Shown piece after piece: positions 1 to 10,762 of a stretch of 64,000 bases of DNA (position 1 is its first letter; the number at the start of each line of letters is the position of its first letter). The translations under genes and the position numbers were made by a program. A model generated the notes under the pieces. That model was not told the origin of the DNA and made no database searches. It saw only the letters and a list, made by a program, of their open reading frames with translations. The stretch is from Bdellovibrionota bacterium (GTDB lineage Bacteria; Bdellovibrionota_C; UBA2361; JBGSMV01), in the NCBI GenBank assembly GCA_041739995.1, contig JBGSMV010000040.1:1-64000 (forward strand), read 5' to 3'.

Positions 1-411
1 AATGTTCATATCCACGACTATATAGAGGAAGTGGAGCTCACTTATCAGCGTCTCCCTGGCTATGAGCACCTGTCTCAGAGGGAGTATGCGCTTCTTATGG
101 GGCAGAAGCTCGAATCTAGGCGCCAGGAAGTGGTTAAGGAGCGCTATGCCAAGGGCCTTGGATTTGCGGGCAAGGAAGCACTTCTAAAAACCAGAAGAGG
201 TGTAGTGCCTCGGGTCACGAAGACCAGTACTGCAGAGTCGCATCGTCCACGAGTTCTGTCAGTTTGCAACAAAAGACGCGCAGAGTGCCGTCAGTGGTAC
301 TTCAACTTGTATTTTCTCTACAAGGACTGCTCTCGGCGCTACCGTCTGGGAGAATCGAACGTGGTCTTTCCCTCAGGCACCTATCCGCCAGCGCTGCCAG
401 TGGCGGCTTAG
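1..411 (+). mobile_element. 3' part of a transposase-like gene (probable REP-associated tyrosine/HUH transposase family), truncated by the window edge
   Basis: Frame is open from base 1 (NVHIHDYIEEVELTYQRLPGY...). The C-terminus Y..CSRRYR.G...VVFPSGTY resembles the tail of RAYT-like transposases of Deltaproteobacteria/Myxococcota. The catalytic HUH motif is not in the window. Confidence 0.55.
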
Positions 412-652
412 AGATTACTCAAAACTTAATCGCTTCTGCATGCGGGACACTCAAGGTGTATTCGGTGCTCGAAATTACGGCTGCATTGCTCCGCGATGGA
501 GCTCCCATGGATATTTAGAGTGCTCGGTACTGGCATTTTTCTCGTCAGACGAGCGGCAAGCGCTGTGTTCAACTGGGCAAGTTGACCATGCTCCGTGCTG
601 AGCGCGTGCACCACCACAAGTTCTCTGAGAGAAAGACGGGCAGACGAGCTCG

Positions 653-1270
653 CTACGCAGCCTCTCGGGCAGGTATGGTGGCTCCCTTCTCCGCAACCTC
701 GCGGTACAGAGGCAGCAGTCGGCGACGCAGCATTAGGCGCGAGCGGTGGAGCCGCGACTTTACTGCGGGGATGCTGAGCTTCAGCATCTTTCCGACCTGC
801 TTGCTGGTGAGCCCATCGATATCTCGCAGGACAAACACTGGGCGGTAGTCATCCGGCAATCGTCGAATTGCATCCTCTAACGCATTCATAAGTCGTTGCC
901 GCTCACTAATTTCATCCCCACCATTGAGCTCGTGGGTCTTGAGGAGTGCCGAATTCATGTAATCGGGAACTACATCTTCGATGTGGACGTGGCGATCATT
1001 CCGGCGCTTGCGCAGCTTCATCAGCGACGAGTTCATCGCAATTCGATAAAGCCAGCTTGAGAAAGACGATTTTCCTTGGAACGCATTAATTTTGCGATGC
1101 ACCGTGGTGAACACGTCCTGCAGAACCTCCTCTGCATCTTCAGGATTTCGCGTAACACGCGTCGCCAGCCCAAACACTTTGGTGACATAACGCTGCATTA
1201 GAATTTCGAACGCATCAGAATCACCCGATTGAATCTCCGTAACGAGCTCTGCATCAGAAGCTTTCAACAT
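653..1270 (-). CDS. ECF (RpoE/SigW-like) sigma-70 family factor
   Basis: Region 2 motifs DAEEVLQDVF and FSSWLYRIAMN; region 4 LPDDYRPVFVLRDIDGL...PAVKSRLHRSR. Confidence 0.93.
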   Translation of the reverse strand: MLKASDAELVTEIQSGDSDAFEILMQRYVTKVFGLATRVTRNPEDAEEVLQDVFTTVHRKINAFQGKSSFSSWLYRIAMNSSLMKLRKRRNDRHVHIEDVVPDYMNSALLKTHELNGGDEISERQRLMNALEDAIRRLPDDYRPVFVLRDIDGLTSKQVGKMLKLSIPAVKSRLHRSRLMLRRRLLPLYREVAEKGATIPAREAA

Positions 1271-1357
1271 ACCTACAACCTCTCAACTTCAACCTTCGGC
1301 TCACCTCACGCTGACCCCCTCAGCATGAGAAGCACCGCTTTTGGTATTCAGATGAAA

Positions 1358-1373
1358 AGCGAGTTTCGTGCCA
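1358..1373 (-). promoter_or_regulatory. Putative sigma54 (-24/-12) promoter of the ECF sigma gene
   Basis: Minus strand reads TGGCACGAAACTCGCT: GG and GC are correctly spaced, with one mismatch to TGGCAC-N5-TTGCW, about 90 nt upstream of the ATG. Confidence 0.6.
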
Positions 1374-1559
1374 GGTAGGCACCTCAGAGAGATTCAAAGA
1401 CAGATGAACAAGTACGGGTAGTTGCGCTCTTCAGGCCCTGATGGAGGGCGAGGAAAACCCTAGGATCTGCCAACTAATACGACAGGGTGTCAAAAAACTG
1501 GACGGATAATAAGGCCGACGCAAAGGCTCAGCATCTAGGCGCTGAACGTATTCCGATGA

Positions 1560-2102
1560 TCAAAGGACCGACTTGGAATCAGACTTCTTTTGTCCAACCC
1601 GCACATAGCTAAGACGCAAATTGTGCAACACCTCTACCATCAACTTGTCTTCCTCTTCGGTGAGGTTCCCAGCCGTCTTCTGCTGCAAGAGCCCCAGAAT
1701 ATCAATGGTATGCCGCGCGCTCTCTCGATCCAGCGGCACATTCATGCCCGGAGGCGGCTTAATTTCACCAAGCTGCATGAGACTTTGAGTGGCAAGCGAA
1801 ATTATGAACGAGCTAAAATTAATTTCTGGATCTTCATTCGGTACTCGATCCGCCATAGCAAAATCAGCCTGTGGCTTTGACATCTTCACCTCGCTGTCTG
1901 ACGCCGCTGACTTCGCAGACACTGCCGCAACTTTAGGAGCGGTCTTCTCAGGAGCGCCCGCTTCTTTCTCAACAGCCTCTTTCTCAAAAGAAATAGAGGT
2001 GGGGTTCGTCATCGCGTCTTCACCGCGCTCATCGCCGGCACTGTCGAAACGACGGCGATCGCGAACCACGAATTTACTTCCTTGAGAATTCTCTTCATCC
2101 AT
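1560..2102 (-). CDS. DUF1844 domain protein
   Basis: C-terminal FSSFIISLATQSLMQLG...ARHTIDILGLLQQKTAGNLTEEE...LRLSYV and N-terminal FVVRDRRRF are typical of the family. ATG at 2102 preferred over the upstream GTG at 2117. Confidence 0.85.
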   Translation of the reverse strand: MDEENSQGSKFVVRDRRRFDSAGDERGEDAMTNPTSISFEKEAVEKEAGAPEKTAPKVAAVSAKSAASDSEVKMSKPQADFAMADRVPNEDPEINFSSFIISLATQSLMQLGEIKPPPGMNVPLDRESARHTIDILGLLQQKTAGNLTEEEDKLMVEVLHNLRLSYVRVGQKKSDSKSVL

Positions 2103-2438
2103 AAGTGATATCCTCACAGCCGCTCTGCTTGCCCGCGAACTGCCTAAACCTTAAACCCTCGTACCCTGTTTCTTGTCTCGATAGGAACGAGACCAGCTGC
2201 CATTTGAGCTGATGCGAAGTCTACGTTTCCCGCAGCACCCGTAATGATATACTCTCCCTGCGTCCGAGGCTCAACTAGGCCCGTTACAGGCCCTTAGGCG
2301 TTGCCCTTACTGGCCACGTGGGCAATACGACGCTTGGTAAGCCGGGCTGGATAATAGGCTTTTGAAAGGGAGCCTCCCGGAAGCGCTGCCCTACGGGAAG
2401 CCCTGACCTACGGGAAACTCTATCCTACGGTTTTAGAT

Positions 2439-3215
2439 ATGCGCCTTACGATTCTTGGCTGTGGCACTTCAACTGGCGTTCCTATCCCGGGCTGCCACTG
2501 TGCCGTGTGTTCATCACCAAACCCAAGAAACAAACGCATGCGGACTTCCGCCTTCATTGAAGCTCGCCCTGGCACAAACATCCTGATTGACACCTCAACA
2601 GACCTGCGACACCAAGCACTTGCATGGGGCCTCGGGCGCGTTGACGCCGTGTTGTTCACACACTCACATGCAGATCACATTCTCGGCATCGACGACTTGC
2701 GCGCCTTTAACTTTGTTCAAAACATGGCGATTCCATGTTTTGGAACGGCTGAAACTCTGCAGGACATTCGCCAGATGTTCTCCTACGTCTTCAACCCAAA
2801 CCCCCTCTATCAAGGTGGCGGTGTGCCAAAGCTCATCACACACGAAATCGACGGAGTCAGCCCGCTCGAGATTGCCGGTACCACTATCCAGCCGATCCCA
2901 CTGATGCATGGGAAACTATCCGTCAGCGGCTTTCGCTGTGGCCAGCTTGCCTATCTGACCGATACGAACTCGATCCCAGAGTCGAGCATGACTCTGCTAA
3001 AAGGCGTACGCTATTTGATTCTTGACGGCCTTCGTATGGAATCGCACCCGTCTCACTTCTCGATTCCTGAAGCGGTTCAAGTCGCTGCCTTGATTGGAGC
3101 GGAGAAAACTTGGCTCACCCACATGACTCACACTGTCGACTATGCAAGCGTCAACGCCACTCTTCCAGCAGGAATTGAGCTGGCCTATGATGGGCTCTCG
3201 ATAGAGTTTGAATAG
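2439..3215 (+). CDS. MBL-fold metallo-hydrolase, PhnP/YycJ-like phosphodiesterase
   Basis: LGCGTSTGVP..GC.C.VC, THSHADH metal motif, HMTH and LAYDGL. Confidence 0.92.
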   Translation: MRLTILGCGTSTGVPIPGCHCAVCSSPNPRNKRMRTSAFIEARPGTNILIDTSTDLRHQALAWGLGRVDAVLFTHSHADHILGIDDLRAFNFVQNMAIPCFGTAETLQDIRQMFSYVFNPNPLYQGGGVPKLITHEIDGVSPLEIAGTTIQPIPLMHGKLSVSGFRCGQLAYLTDTNSIPESSMTLLKGVRYLILDGLRMESHPSHFSIPEAVQVAALIGAEKTWLTHMTHTVDYASVNATLPAGIELAYDGLSIEFE

Positions 3216-3279
3216 TTCGACAGAACCAGCCCCGACCGCGAATCTACTACTAGGCGCACGCGCCCACGACACGAGCGCA

Positions 3280-4908
3280 CTACAGTGGCTGCAACTTCAC
3301 GCCGTCGAAGTCGTAATGAGCTCCGCAGAGAGCTCTAATTGCAGGTCGATGAGTCACAAATACCGCCGTCTTGCCCTCCAGTTGCTGGCGAAGGAATTCG
3401 ACGACTTGCGCTTCAGTGTCTTGGTCAAGATGAGAGGTTGGTTCGTCAAAAAGCATAATCTGCCGATCGAGCAACAACCCTCGCGCAATATTTAGTCGCT
3501 GGCGTTGCCCTGCGGAAAGTTTCAAACCCTTTTCGCCCACAGTGGTGTCCAGGCCGTCTGGAAGCTGCTCAAACCATTCCATAAGCTTCAAGCCCTGCAA
3601 CATGGCAAGAATCTTCTCATCCGAAGTCTCGCGTCCCAGGCTCAGGTTCAGTCGAACGCTCAAGTTAAAGAGCTCTGCCTCCTGCGATACAAGCGCGAAG
3701 TGAGAGGCGAGTGCCTCCGCAGAAAACTCCTCGAATGGGCGCCCATCCAAAAGGCGCCGTCCCGACTTCACTTCAAGAAAGCCTCCGAGAATGTTTAAGA
3801 GAGTAGACTTCCCAACTCCAGACTCTCCAGTGATGCACACTCTGTTTCCCTTCTGAAGACAAAACGATGAAATCTCAATGCCTCTCTGTTGCTCACGGTA
3901 AGCAAACAAAACCTCCGAAAGCTCTACCCTCTGCCAACTTCCGATACCCTCAGCTCCTGACCAAATCTTGGAACTCTCAACGATCGCTTGCAAAGCAGCA
4001 GTATAGGCGTTTAGGCCCAACAGGTCCGCTACCAGCTCCGAAAGCCTCTCAACTTGGCTTCGAATCACCCCGTAAGCGGAAATGAATAGAATCAGAATCG
4101 AAGCCGACGCCACCCCGGAGGTAATCTGATAAAGCAAAAACGATATCGTCGCTAAAAAGGCCACCCCATAGATAGAGTGCAGTAGAATCCACCGATTCGC
4201 GTGCGTTCTCTGAAGCGCCCGTATCGACGAAACATTTGCTTCGATCTGCTCTGAGATTTGCTCCTCGGCAAACTTAAACAATCCAAGTCGTTTAACCGTC
4301 GAAATGTTTGACACAAGATCCACGTAGCGTTCGACCAGGGAAGCATGCGCCAGATTCAACCTGCCAAAGAACGGCACAATTTGACGCGAGAGCAGAATGC
4401 TTACAAATAAGAAAATGAGAAGAACAACGAGATTCAGAACCGCAACGACCACAGATTCACGTGCCGTGTAGGCAAAAAACAAGGTCAAGGTTGCGAAGCT
4501 ATGGGCGACGAGCCAGGCAAAAGAAAAAAGCACTTGAGAACTCTGCTCGCAGATTTTCGTGACCAACGAAAGTAAATATCCCGAGTGGTATTTTCCTAAA
4601 GTCGCGATATCTAAGCGAGCGATAATTTTGAAGTACTTAAGACGTAGGTAGTTTCCAAACTCCTTTGCCAACGCCTCCCCATCCCTTCTCAAGAACCATT
4701 GCAGCGCAAGCGAGGCGATAAAGCACCCCACCAACATCGGCACAAGCTCAGCAAACGCCGCAAAGGCAAGATCTGTCTTGGTGAACTCAGCCAAGAGAAT
4801 AGGAATAAAGAATACAACCGCTCCGTCGGCACATGCGCCAAGCAGCATCAGCAAAAATCTCGGCCGATAACGATCGAGATTCTTTAAAATGAACTTAAGT
4901 GCAGCCAT
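3280..4908 (-). CDS. ABC exporter, fused permease and ATPase
   Basis: N-terminal TM helices, Walker A GESGVGKS, signature LSAGQRQR, Walker B MLFDEPT, H-loop VTHR. Confidence 0.92.
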   Translation of the reverse strand: MAALKFILKNLDRYRPRFLLMLLGACADGAVVFFIPILLAEFTKTDLAFAAFAELVPMLVGCFIASLALQWFLRRDGEALAKEFGNYLRLKYFKIIARLDIATLGKYHSGYLLSLVTKICEQSSQVLFSFAWLVAHSFATLTLFFAYTARESVVVAVLNLVVLLIFLFVSILLSRQIVPFFGRLNLAHASLVERYVDLVSNISTVKRLGLFKFAEEQISEQIEANVSSIRALQRTHANRWILLHSIYGVAFLATISFLLYQITSGVASASILILFISAYGVIRSQVERLSELVADLLGLNAYTAALQAIVESSKIWSGAEGIGSWQRVELSEVLFAYREQQRGIEISSFCLQKGNRVCITGESGVGKSTLLNILGGFLEVKSGRRLLDGRPFEEFSAEALASHFALVSQEAELFNLSVRLNLSLGRETSDEKILAMLQGLKLMEWFEQLPDGLDTTVGEKGLKLSAGQRQRLNIARGLLLDRQIMLFDEPTSHLDQDTEAQVVEFLRQQLEGKTAVFVTHRPAIRALCGAHYDFDGVKLQPL

Positions 4909-5027
4909 CGATACAAAGTTAGAACAATTGATTTGGCAGTAGAAGCGACTCGATCCTTACACCAGAATACCCGGCCACACACAGTCATCGTAACGCCTTC
5001 AGTCAAACCTCCGCGCGCCAACCCAGA

Positions 5028-5705
5028 TTAGGGCAAGAATTCCAAAATAGATCTGAAGTCTTCAATAACATGGGTAGCGGCGGCGCGCAGTTCTGGATGT
5101 GCCTGATAGGCGAACGAGACGCCGACATGACCGGCGATTGCGACATCGTTCTTGCCGTCGCCCGCAAACGCGCACTCGTCCTTTGATACGTTACACTCAC
5201 GTCGCAAGAGTTCTAGATAATCAACTTTCGCTGCGTAGTCCGAGGGCCAGATGTTGGCGTGCTCAATAAACTTGTCCTTGCCCCAGTACAACTCAACCGC
5301 GGCATAGGCATGCTGCATTTTAAGTTCTTGCTGGATCTTGCGGGCCTGATCGTAAAAACCACCAGACACTATGGCCGTTCGAATTCCACGACTGTGAAGC
5401 TCAGTCACGGTTTCTTTGACTCCAGGGTTGAGCCGTGAGTTCTGAATGCATTCCTGATAGAGCCCTTGAGTCAGCTTGTAGTGCTTTAAGAGCTTTAGAC
5501 TCGACTCAACCCACTCGACAAAACAGCTCACCTCACCTCGCTCCCAACGGGCGACCGAGTCATTATCCGCAGCCAACGCCTCAGGTCCAAGTTCATGAAA
5601 CAACCTGCTCCATAGACTAGTTCCCGGTGAGTTAGTTCGCCCTTCAATTTGCTGAGCAGAAGCCAGCGTGCCTTCCATATCAAGAAACATGAGCTTAATC
5701 GCCAT
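5028..5705 (-). CDS. HAD-IB family phosphatase (SerB/ThrH-like)
   Basis: Motif I FLDMEGT, motif II IVSGG, motif IV GDGKNDV. Confidence 0.85.
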   Translation of the reverse strand: MAIKLMFLDMEGTLASAQQIEGRTNSPGTSLWSRLFHELGPEALAADNDSVARWERGEVSCFVEWVESSLKLLKHYKLTQGLYQECIQNSRLNPGVKETVTELHSRGIRTAIVSGGFYDQARKIQQELKMQHAYAAVELYWGKDKFIEHANIWPSDYAAKVDYLELLRRECNVSKDECAFAGDGKNDVAIAGHVGVSFAYQAHPELRAAATHVIEDFRSILEFLP

Positions 5706-5708
5706 CCG

Positions 5709-6509
5709 CTAACCCTCCTCCTTGGTACCCTCACGCGCTTTCAAGATTTGGCAAGCGACAGCCAAGTCAGTGCTTCTGGTAATTTTAAGATTCTCCGTAC
5801 TCCCCATCACCAAGCTCACTGCTGCCAAATGTCGCACGAGCCCCGCATCATCGGTGGCTGACGTCTCGCCTCGCGCTGAAGCCGCCTGATGTGCCTTGAG
5901 CAACAGCTCTGCCCGAAACACTTGTGGCGTTTGAACGGCCCACAGCTCTTCTCTGCGAAGCGTCTGCGCAATTGCTGGAGCACTACCCCCTGCCACTGGA
6001 GCTGCCGCACGCACTATCGTGTCAGTAACGGGCACCGCAAGGGTAGCCGCACCAGAGCGAGCGGCTTCCTCAACCACCGCCGATACCTGGCTCCCAAGCA
6101 CCAAACAGCGCGCGGCATCATGCACAAGTACGAGCTCACTATCCGCAAGCGACAAGACCCTAAGGGCGAATTGTAATCCAGCCTGTACGGAGAGTTGGCG
6201 GGTCTCGCCTCCCGGGATGACATGCAGCACCGCGGCGCTAGCAGCTGAGGCCGACTTCAAAAATAGGGCTTCTATGCGCCTAACTTCGGGCTCCGGACAT
6301 AAAATGACTGTGGCTCGTACCAAGGGATGAGCCTGAATGGCCTGAACCGATCGGAGCAATACAGAAGCCCCGGCAACGTCAGAAAATATCTTTGAGTCAC
6401 CTGAAGAAAATCGGCTGCTTCTTCCTGCTGCACATACTAGTGCCACCAGGGACGAGGGAGTTGAGGAAGGAAGATCTGAGACTCCGTCAGCGATGGACAT
6501 CATGTTCAC
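5709..6509 (-). CDS. ispD: 2-C-methyl-D-erythritol 4-phosphate cytidylyltransferase
   Basis: AAGRSSRF, GGETRQLSV, LVHDAARC, VQTPQVF, TDDA and NLKIT motifs; lies downstream of carD. Confidence 0.93.
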   Translation of the reverse strand: MNMMSIADGVSDLPSSTPSSLVALVCAAGRSSRFSSGDSKIFSDVAGASVLLRSVQAIQAHPLVRATVILCPEPEVRRIEALFLKSASAASAAVLHVIPGGETRQLSVQAGLQFALRVLSLADSELVLVHDAARCLVLGSQVSAVVEEAARSGAATLAVPVTDTIVRAAAPVAGGSAPAIAQTLRREELWAVQTPQVFRAELLLKAHQAASARGETSATDDAGLVRHLAAVSLVMGSTENLKITRSTDLAVACQILKAREGTKEEG

Positions 6510-6688
6510 CCGGGAACATCATGTAGAAAATATACGGATTGAATGACTGTAAGTTTACCTGCAGGCGTCGGCGTGGGGTTCAAACAGACACTCCCTTTGG
6601 GAGCCCAAGAAAACCAGAGTTTCCACGCCGACGTGCAGGCATGATGAGCGATCAGACACTCACCCAATATTCGATTACCAGCACTCGA

Positions 6689-7195
6689 CTAATTGAAAAT
6701 ATCCTTAAGCTCGACCATCACGCGCTCATGGGTACGTGACTTAGCGATAGCAATTTCAGATACAAGAAGTGTCTTGGCCTTGTCCAGCATCTTCTTCTCG
6801 CCGAAGGAGAGCTCTTTGTCAGCGCCAAGCACAGAAAGGTCGCGAAGTACTTCAGCGATCTCGAATACAGAACCGGTCTCGATCTTCTGAGAATACTCTC
6901 GAAAGCGGCGATTCCAGGTCTGCGTATCAATCTTAAAATTTCGATCACGAAGTATCTCGTACACACGCTCAACGGCGCGCTTATCTACCACTTTACGCAG
7001 CCCGACAGACGGGGCTTGCGCAACTGGCACCATGATCTTCATGCCCGAAGCTTGAATCGTAATTTCGTAAATTTTTTGTGCGCTGCCAAGAATGGCACGC
7101 TCAACGATCGCGTTTACCTGCCCTACGCCGTGTCCTGGATACACGACCTTATCTCCGGCTTTGAAATTTCCATTTTTTGCGTTCTTGATGCTCAA
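6689..7195 (-). CDS. carD: CarD/CdnL family RNA polymerase-binding regulator
   Basis: FKAGDKVVYPGHGVG, WNRRFREY with the conserved Trp wedge, LSFGEKKML. Confidence 0.93.
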   Translation of the reverse strand: MSIKNAKNGNFKAGDKVVYPGHGVGQVNAIVERAILGSAQKIYEITIQASGMKIMVPVAQAPSVGLRKVVDKRAVERVYEILRDRNFKIDTQTWNRRFREYSQKIETGSVFEIAEVLRDLSVLGADKELSFGEKKMLDKAKTLLVSEIAIAKSRTHERVMVELKDIFN

Positions 7196-7529
7196 GGCTG
7201 GCTCCCAAAAAAAGAGTGACTTTTGACGTGGATGCGATCCCTACCTGCTGGACGTCATACTGTTTCGAAAAACATTGCTGATTCGACACAACGCCTTACT
7301 GCTCAAAGAACAAAGCCTCAACGTTGTCAGAGAGGCAAACACCTTGAGCAGTACACCGCATTAAGTACGCAGCATCAGTATGAGTAAAAGCTGTTGCAAC
7401 GCTGAGGCCAGATACGGAGACCTGATACGGAAACCGACACGGGAGCCCACGCTGGCAAAGCCAAATCACGACCCAGAATATAGGGGACGAATAATAACCT
7501 GTGGACTACAAACCTCTTGAGAGGCTCTT

Positions 7530-7559
7530 AGTATAGCAAATATGACCCACTTTGGTCAA
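7530..7559 (-). promoter_or_regulatory. sigma70-type promoter upstream of carD
   Basis: Minus strand TTGACC-N18-TATACT with an extended -10 TG. Confidence 0.6.
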
Positions 7560-7699
7560 AGCGCTGGAAGTGATTTTTCCGCGCCAAATCAGCGCTGTAG
7601 CGCTTGCCTCCATCTCCCTAAGCTGCAAACAGCAAGCGAAGTCTTCCCGTTGACTACCGCAAACCTTTAGTTTTTCGCGGTTTTACTGAGCTGAAAGCC

Positions 7700-8761
7700 T
7701 TAAGTGCGAAGCTGCACACCGCGACACAATTTCGCGACAAGCCCAGGCCCTTCATAGACAAGACCGGTGTAGACTTGAACTAAAGTTGCGCCTGCATCAA
7801 AAAATGAATTGACATCCTCAGCGGTGCGAATTCCACCAACTCCCACAAGCGGAAAGTCTGGGCCAATCTTCGAGCGCACGTCGGCAACGACTGAGAGCGC
7901 ACGCGATCGCAATGGAAGCCCACTCAATCCGCCAGTTTCTGAAGTGTGCGTGGTCAGCCCCTCCCTGCCCACCGTGGTGTTGGTTGCGATCAGTCCTTCA
8001 ACGCCAGAGGTCCTACAAACGTCCACAATTTCGCCGAGTTCGCTCGAAGAAAGATCGGGCGCAATCTTTACCAACAATGGAATCGCTCTCTGACGAACCT
8101 GCGCCAGTTGATCAAACAAGGCGCGTAAGCGTTCTGGTTCTTGTAATTTGCGAAGTTCCGGCGTGTTCGGTGAAGACACATTCAATGTGACATAGTCAGC
8201 AAACGGTGACAGACGAGAAAAACAGGTCACGTAGTCCCGCGCAGCATTATCGACCGAAGTCTCCTTTTGCTTACCGATGTTGACCCCTACAATTGGAGAG
8301 GAACCAAGCGGCATCCGCTCGCGCCAACGACGCAATGTCTTAGCCACTACTAGAGAACCAGCCGAGGGGAATCCCATGCGATTGATCAAAGCGCCATCAG
8401 CAGGGTATCTGAATATTCTTGGTCTAGGATTCCCGGCTTGAGGTTCAGGGGTGACTGTTCCAACTTCAATGTGACCGAATCCAAGCGCAGAGAAGAGCGG
8501 AAGTGCTGCGGCATTTTTGTCGAAGCCCGCGGCAAGCCCAATTGGATTTCGGAAGCGCAGCCCCCACACTACTCGCTCCAGATCCGGCGCATTCACTGCA
8601 CAGACGGACTGCAAGAGACGAACGAGCGGCCGGCCACGCCAGGAATTACCGAGACTGTGCAGCACGCGCTCGTGAACTTGCTCCGGGTCACTGCGCAAGG
8701 CTAAGGGAAACAGCAACGAAGAATAGCATCGATCCAGTAGCGCCCTCGACCAATCGCTCAT
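7700..8761 (-). CDS. pyrD: Quinone-dependent dihydroorotate dehydrogenase
   Basis: GLAAGFDKN, INRMGF, NVSSPNTP, KIAPD and GGLSG motifs. Confidence 0.96.
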   Translation of the reverse strand: MSDWSRALLDRCYSSLLFPLALRSDPEQVHERVLHSLGNSWRGRPLVRLLQSVCAVNAPDLERVVWGLRFRNPIGLAAGFDKNAAALPLFSALGFGHIEVGTVTPEPQAGNPRPRIFRYPADGALINRMGFPSAGSLVVAKTLRRWRERMPLGSSPIVGVNIGKQKETSVDNAARDYVTCFSRLSPFADYVTLNVSSPNTPELRKLQEPERLRALFDQLAQVRQRAIPLLVKIAPDLSSSELGEIVDVCRTSGVEGLIATNTTVGREGLTTHTSETGGLSGLPLRSRALSVVADVRSKIGPDFPLVGVGGIRTAEDVNSFFDAGATLVQVYTGLVYEGPGLVAKLCRGVQLRT

Positions 8762-9510
8762 TCGTTCTCGCTCCCCTGGCGCTCCTGGGCACGACCATTA
8801 CCTACTGCGAGGTGCGCTTCTTCCTTCTTCATCTCTTGATCATCAAAGATTCCTTTTCCACTCTCAGCTCGGAGGAAGTCATGGATGTCGAGACGCATAG
8901 TGACTGCATCCTCGTCGTTGTCAGAGTAATAGCGTGGCCGAATGCCGGCATTTTTAAATCCATGCCTTGCATAGAGAGCCTGAGCAACTTCGTTACTGGC
9001 TCGCACCTCAAGTGTTACTGAGGTAACCCCTTCGCCGGCGAATAGCGTCAGCGCTTCACGAAGTAAGTCTCTGCCAACGCCTACTCCTCGAGCTGCATTT
9101 CTGACTCCAACATTAAGGATGTGCGCTTCGTCAATTATAACGTGAGCGACTAGAAACCCCACGATCTGGCCTCCGCGGCGCGCTCCATAAACACGAGAGT
9201 GCTTATGCTCGAATTCGGCCGAGATAAGTGCCGGCGACCAGGGCGGACGATTGCACTCCAGCTCAATCTCGTAGAGCTGCGGAACTGCTTCAATAGAAAG
9301 TTTGCAGACCGTACATGGTCGCGAAGAAGCACGCGTAGGACGCGAGGCTTCAGCTCGCGAAGCGTTTCGCACAAGGGTCAGCTTAGGAACAGGAGAGCCA
9401 GAGGTTGCGTTAGAGGCAGAATCTTGAGGACCGTTCTGAGAACCACTTGAGCGAGATGCTTTGGAGGACGGGACGATTTGGGAGTTGTTGTGCTCGTCTA
9501 TCGGCGCCAC
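8758..9510 (-). CDS. rimI: Ribosomal protein S18-alanine N-acetyltransferase with a low-complexity N-terminal extension
   Basis: DEAHILNVGV, RGVGVG, LEVRASN, RPRYYSDNDEDA. Start position uncertain. Confidence 0.88.
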   Translation of the reverse strand: MAPIDEHNNSQIVPSSKASRSSGSQNGPQDSASNATSGSPVPKLTLVRNASRAEASRPTRASSRPCTVCKLSIEAVPQLYEIELECNRPPWSPALISAEFEHKHSRVYGARRGGQIVGFLVAHVIIDEAHILNVGVRNAARGVGVGRDLLREALTLFAGEGVTSVTLEVRASNEVAQALYARHGFKNAGIRPRYYSDNDEDAVTMRLDIHDFLRAESGKGIFDDQEMKKEEAHLAVGNGRAQERQGSENE

Positions 9511-9629
9511 TCGATGCCCTACTTCAAGAAGTCTTGCTCTCTAAATTTTTCAGGCCGCAAAGCTCTCGTGACGACACGAGACGCACCGCCCAAAACAACA
9601 CGCACCCGCTAGGAAGACGGCCTAGCCGC

Positions 9630-10004
9630 CTATTGCGGTGCAGCAGCAGAGACTCCCATCGCCGCTCTGGAGCGATCGACTACCTGACGAAATGCCACTG
9701 GGTCATGAACTGCAAGCTCTGCAAGTGCCTTACGATTGAGATCGATATTTGCGCGCTTAATTCCGCACATGAACTGGCTATAGGTCATGCCCGCCTCTCG
9801 CGCTCCCGCTCCGACACGCGCAATCCAAAGCGTTCGAAACTCTCGCTTCTTTACGCGACGATCGCGGTAGGCGTACTGCAAGGCCTTTTGCATGGCGAGC
9901 TTGGCAAGTCGAAAACAATTACGTCTACGACCACGAAAACCCTCAGTAAGCTTTAAAACTTTCTTGTGTTGTCTACGGGTAACTACCCCACCTTTTACTC
10001 GCAT
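9630..10004 (-). CDS. rplT: 50S ribosomal protein L20
   Basis: [34 protein letters not shown]. Confidence 0.98.
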   Translation of the reverse strand: MRVKGGVVTRRQHKKVLKLTEGFRGRRRNCFRLAKLAMQKALQYAYRDRRVKKREFRTLWIARVGAGAREAGMTYSQFMCGIKRANIDLNRKALAELAVHDPVAFRQVVDRSRAAMGVSAAAPQ

Positions 10005-10088
10005 AACCCAATCCTCTCTACATCAAACTCAGTCAGTGCCAATTGGAAGTTCCAGAGTGAATTTCCAGACTCTAATCAACAATCCGAA

Positions 10089-10298
10089 CTATTTAGAAAT
10101 CCCTGCGTAAGGAAGCTGCCGCGCAAGTCCGCTCACGCTGGTATTATCAAGACGTGTCTTACCCTTAAGCTGACGCATGCGCTTGGCCGACTTCTTCCCG
10201 GTATTGTGACTCGTCGAAGCACGGGCATGAGTAACGACTCCACGGGCATTTACCTTAAACTTCTTGGCTGCTAGCCGATTAGTCTTCATCTTTGGCAT
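10089..10298 (-). CDS. rpmI: 50S ribosomal protein L35
   Basis: MPKMKTNR..AKKFK...H...KK..KR.R.L...LPY; directly upstream of rplT. Confidence 0.96.
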   Translation of the reverse strand: MPKMKTNRLAAKKFKVNARGVVTHARASTSHNTGKKSAKRMRQLKGKTRLDNTSVSGLARQLPYAGISK

Positions 10299-10498
10299 AA
10301 CATTCTCTTCTTTCTAAATCTCAGCTCTATAAAGCTCTGTTTTCTAAATCTAGTTCTAAATCTAGGGCGTCTCGTTATTTACGCTATCTTTTCACTAACG
10401 CTGCCTCTTTATCGCAGCTCGAGCCTTGAAACGCGAAAGAACTCGGCTCGAAAAAATCTCACCAACTCTAGTTAAGTGAAATTCAACGGAGCAAATAC

Positions 10499-10575
<77 letters not shown>

Positions 10576-10620
10576 AACGCTTCAGAACAACTACGTAAAG
10601 ATGCGCCACGACGGCCGGAC

Positions 10621-10649
10621 AGCCTAGCAGAGCCCTGAAATCGGGTCAA
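10621..10649 (-). promoter_or_regulatory. sigma70-type promoter of tRNA-Val (and possibly rpmI-rplT)
   Basis: Minus strand TTGACC-N17-TAGGCT with TG upstream of the -10, followed by a GC-rich discriminator. Confidence 0.55.
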
Positions 10650-10762
10650 ACTCCCCTAAAGCCGTCCGAGCCAATAGGTTGGCCATGGATATCGAAAACT
10701 CGGTGACGGGTCCCTGAGATGTGGGGCCAGAGGGGCAGTGTTCCGTGATTTGGTTGAACTAG

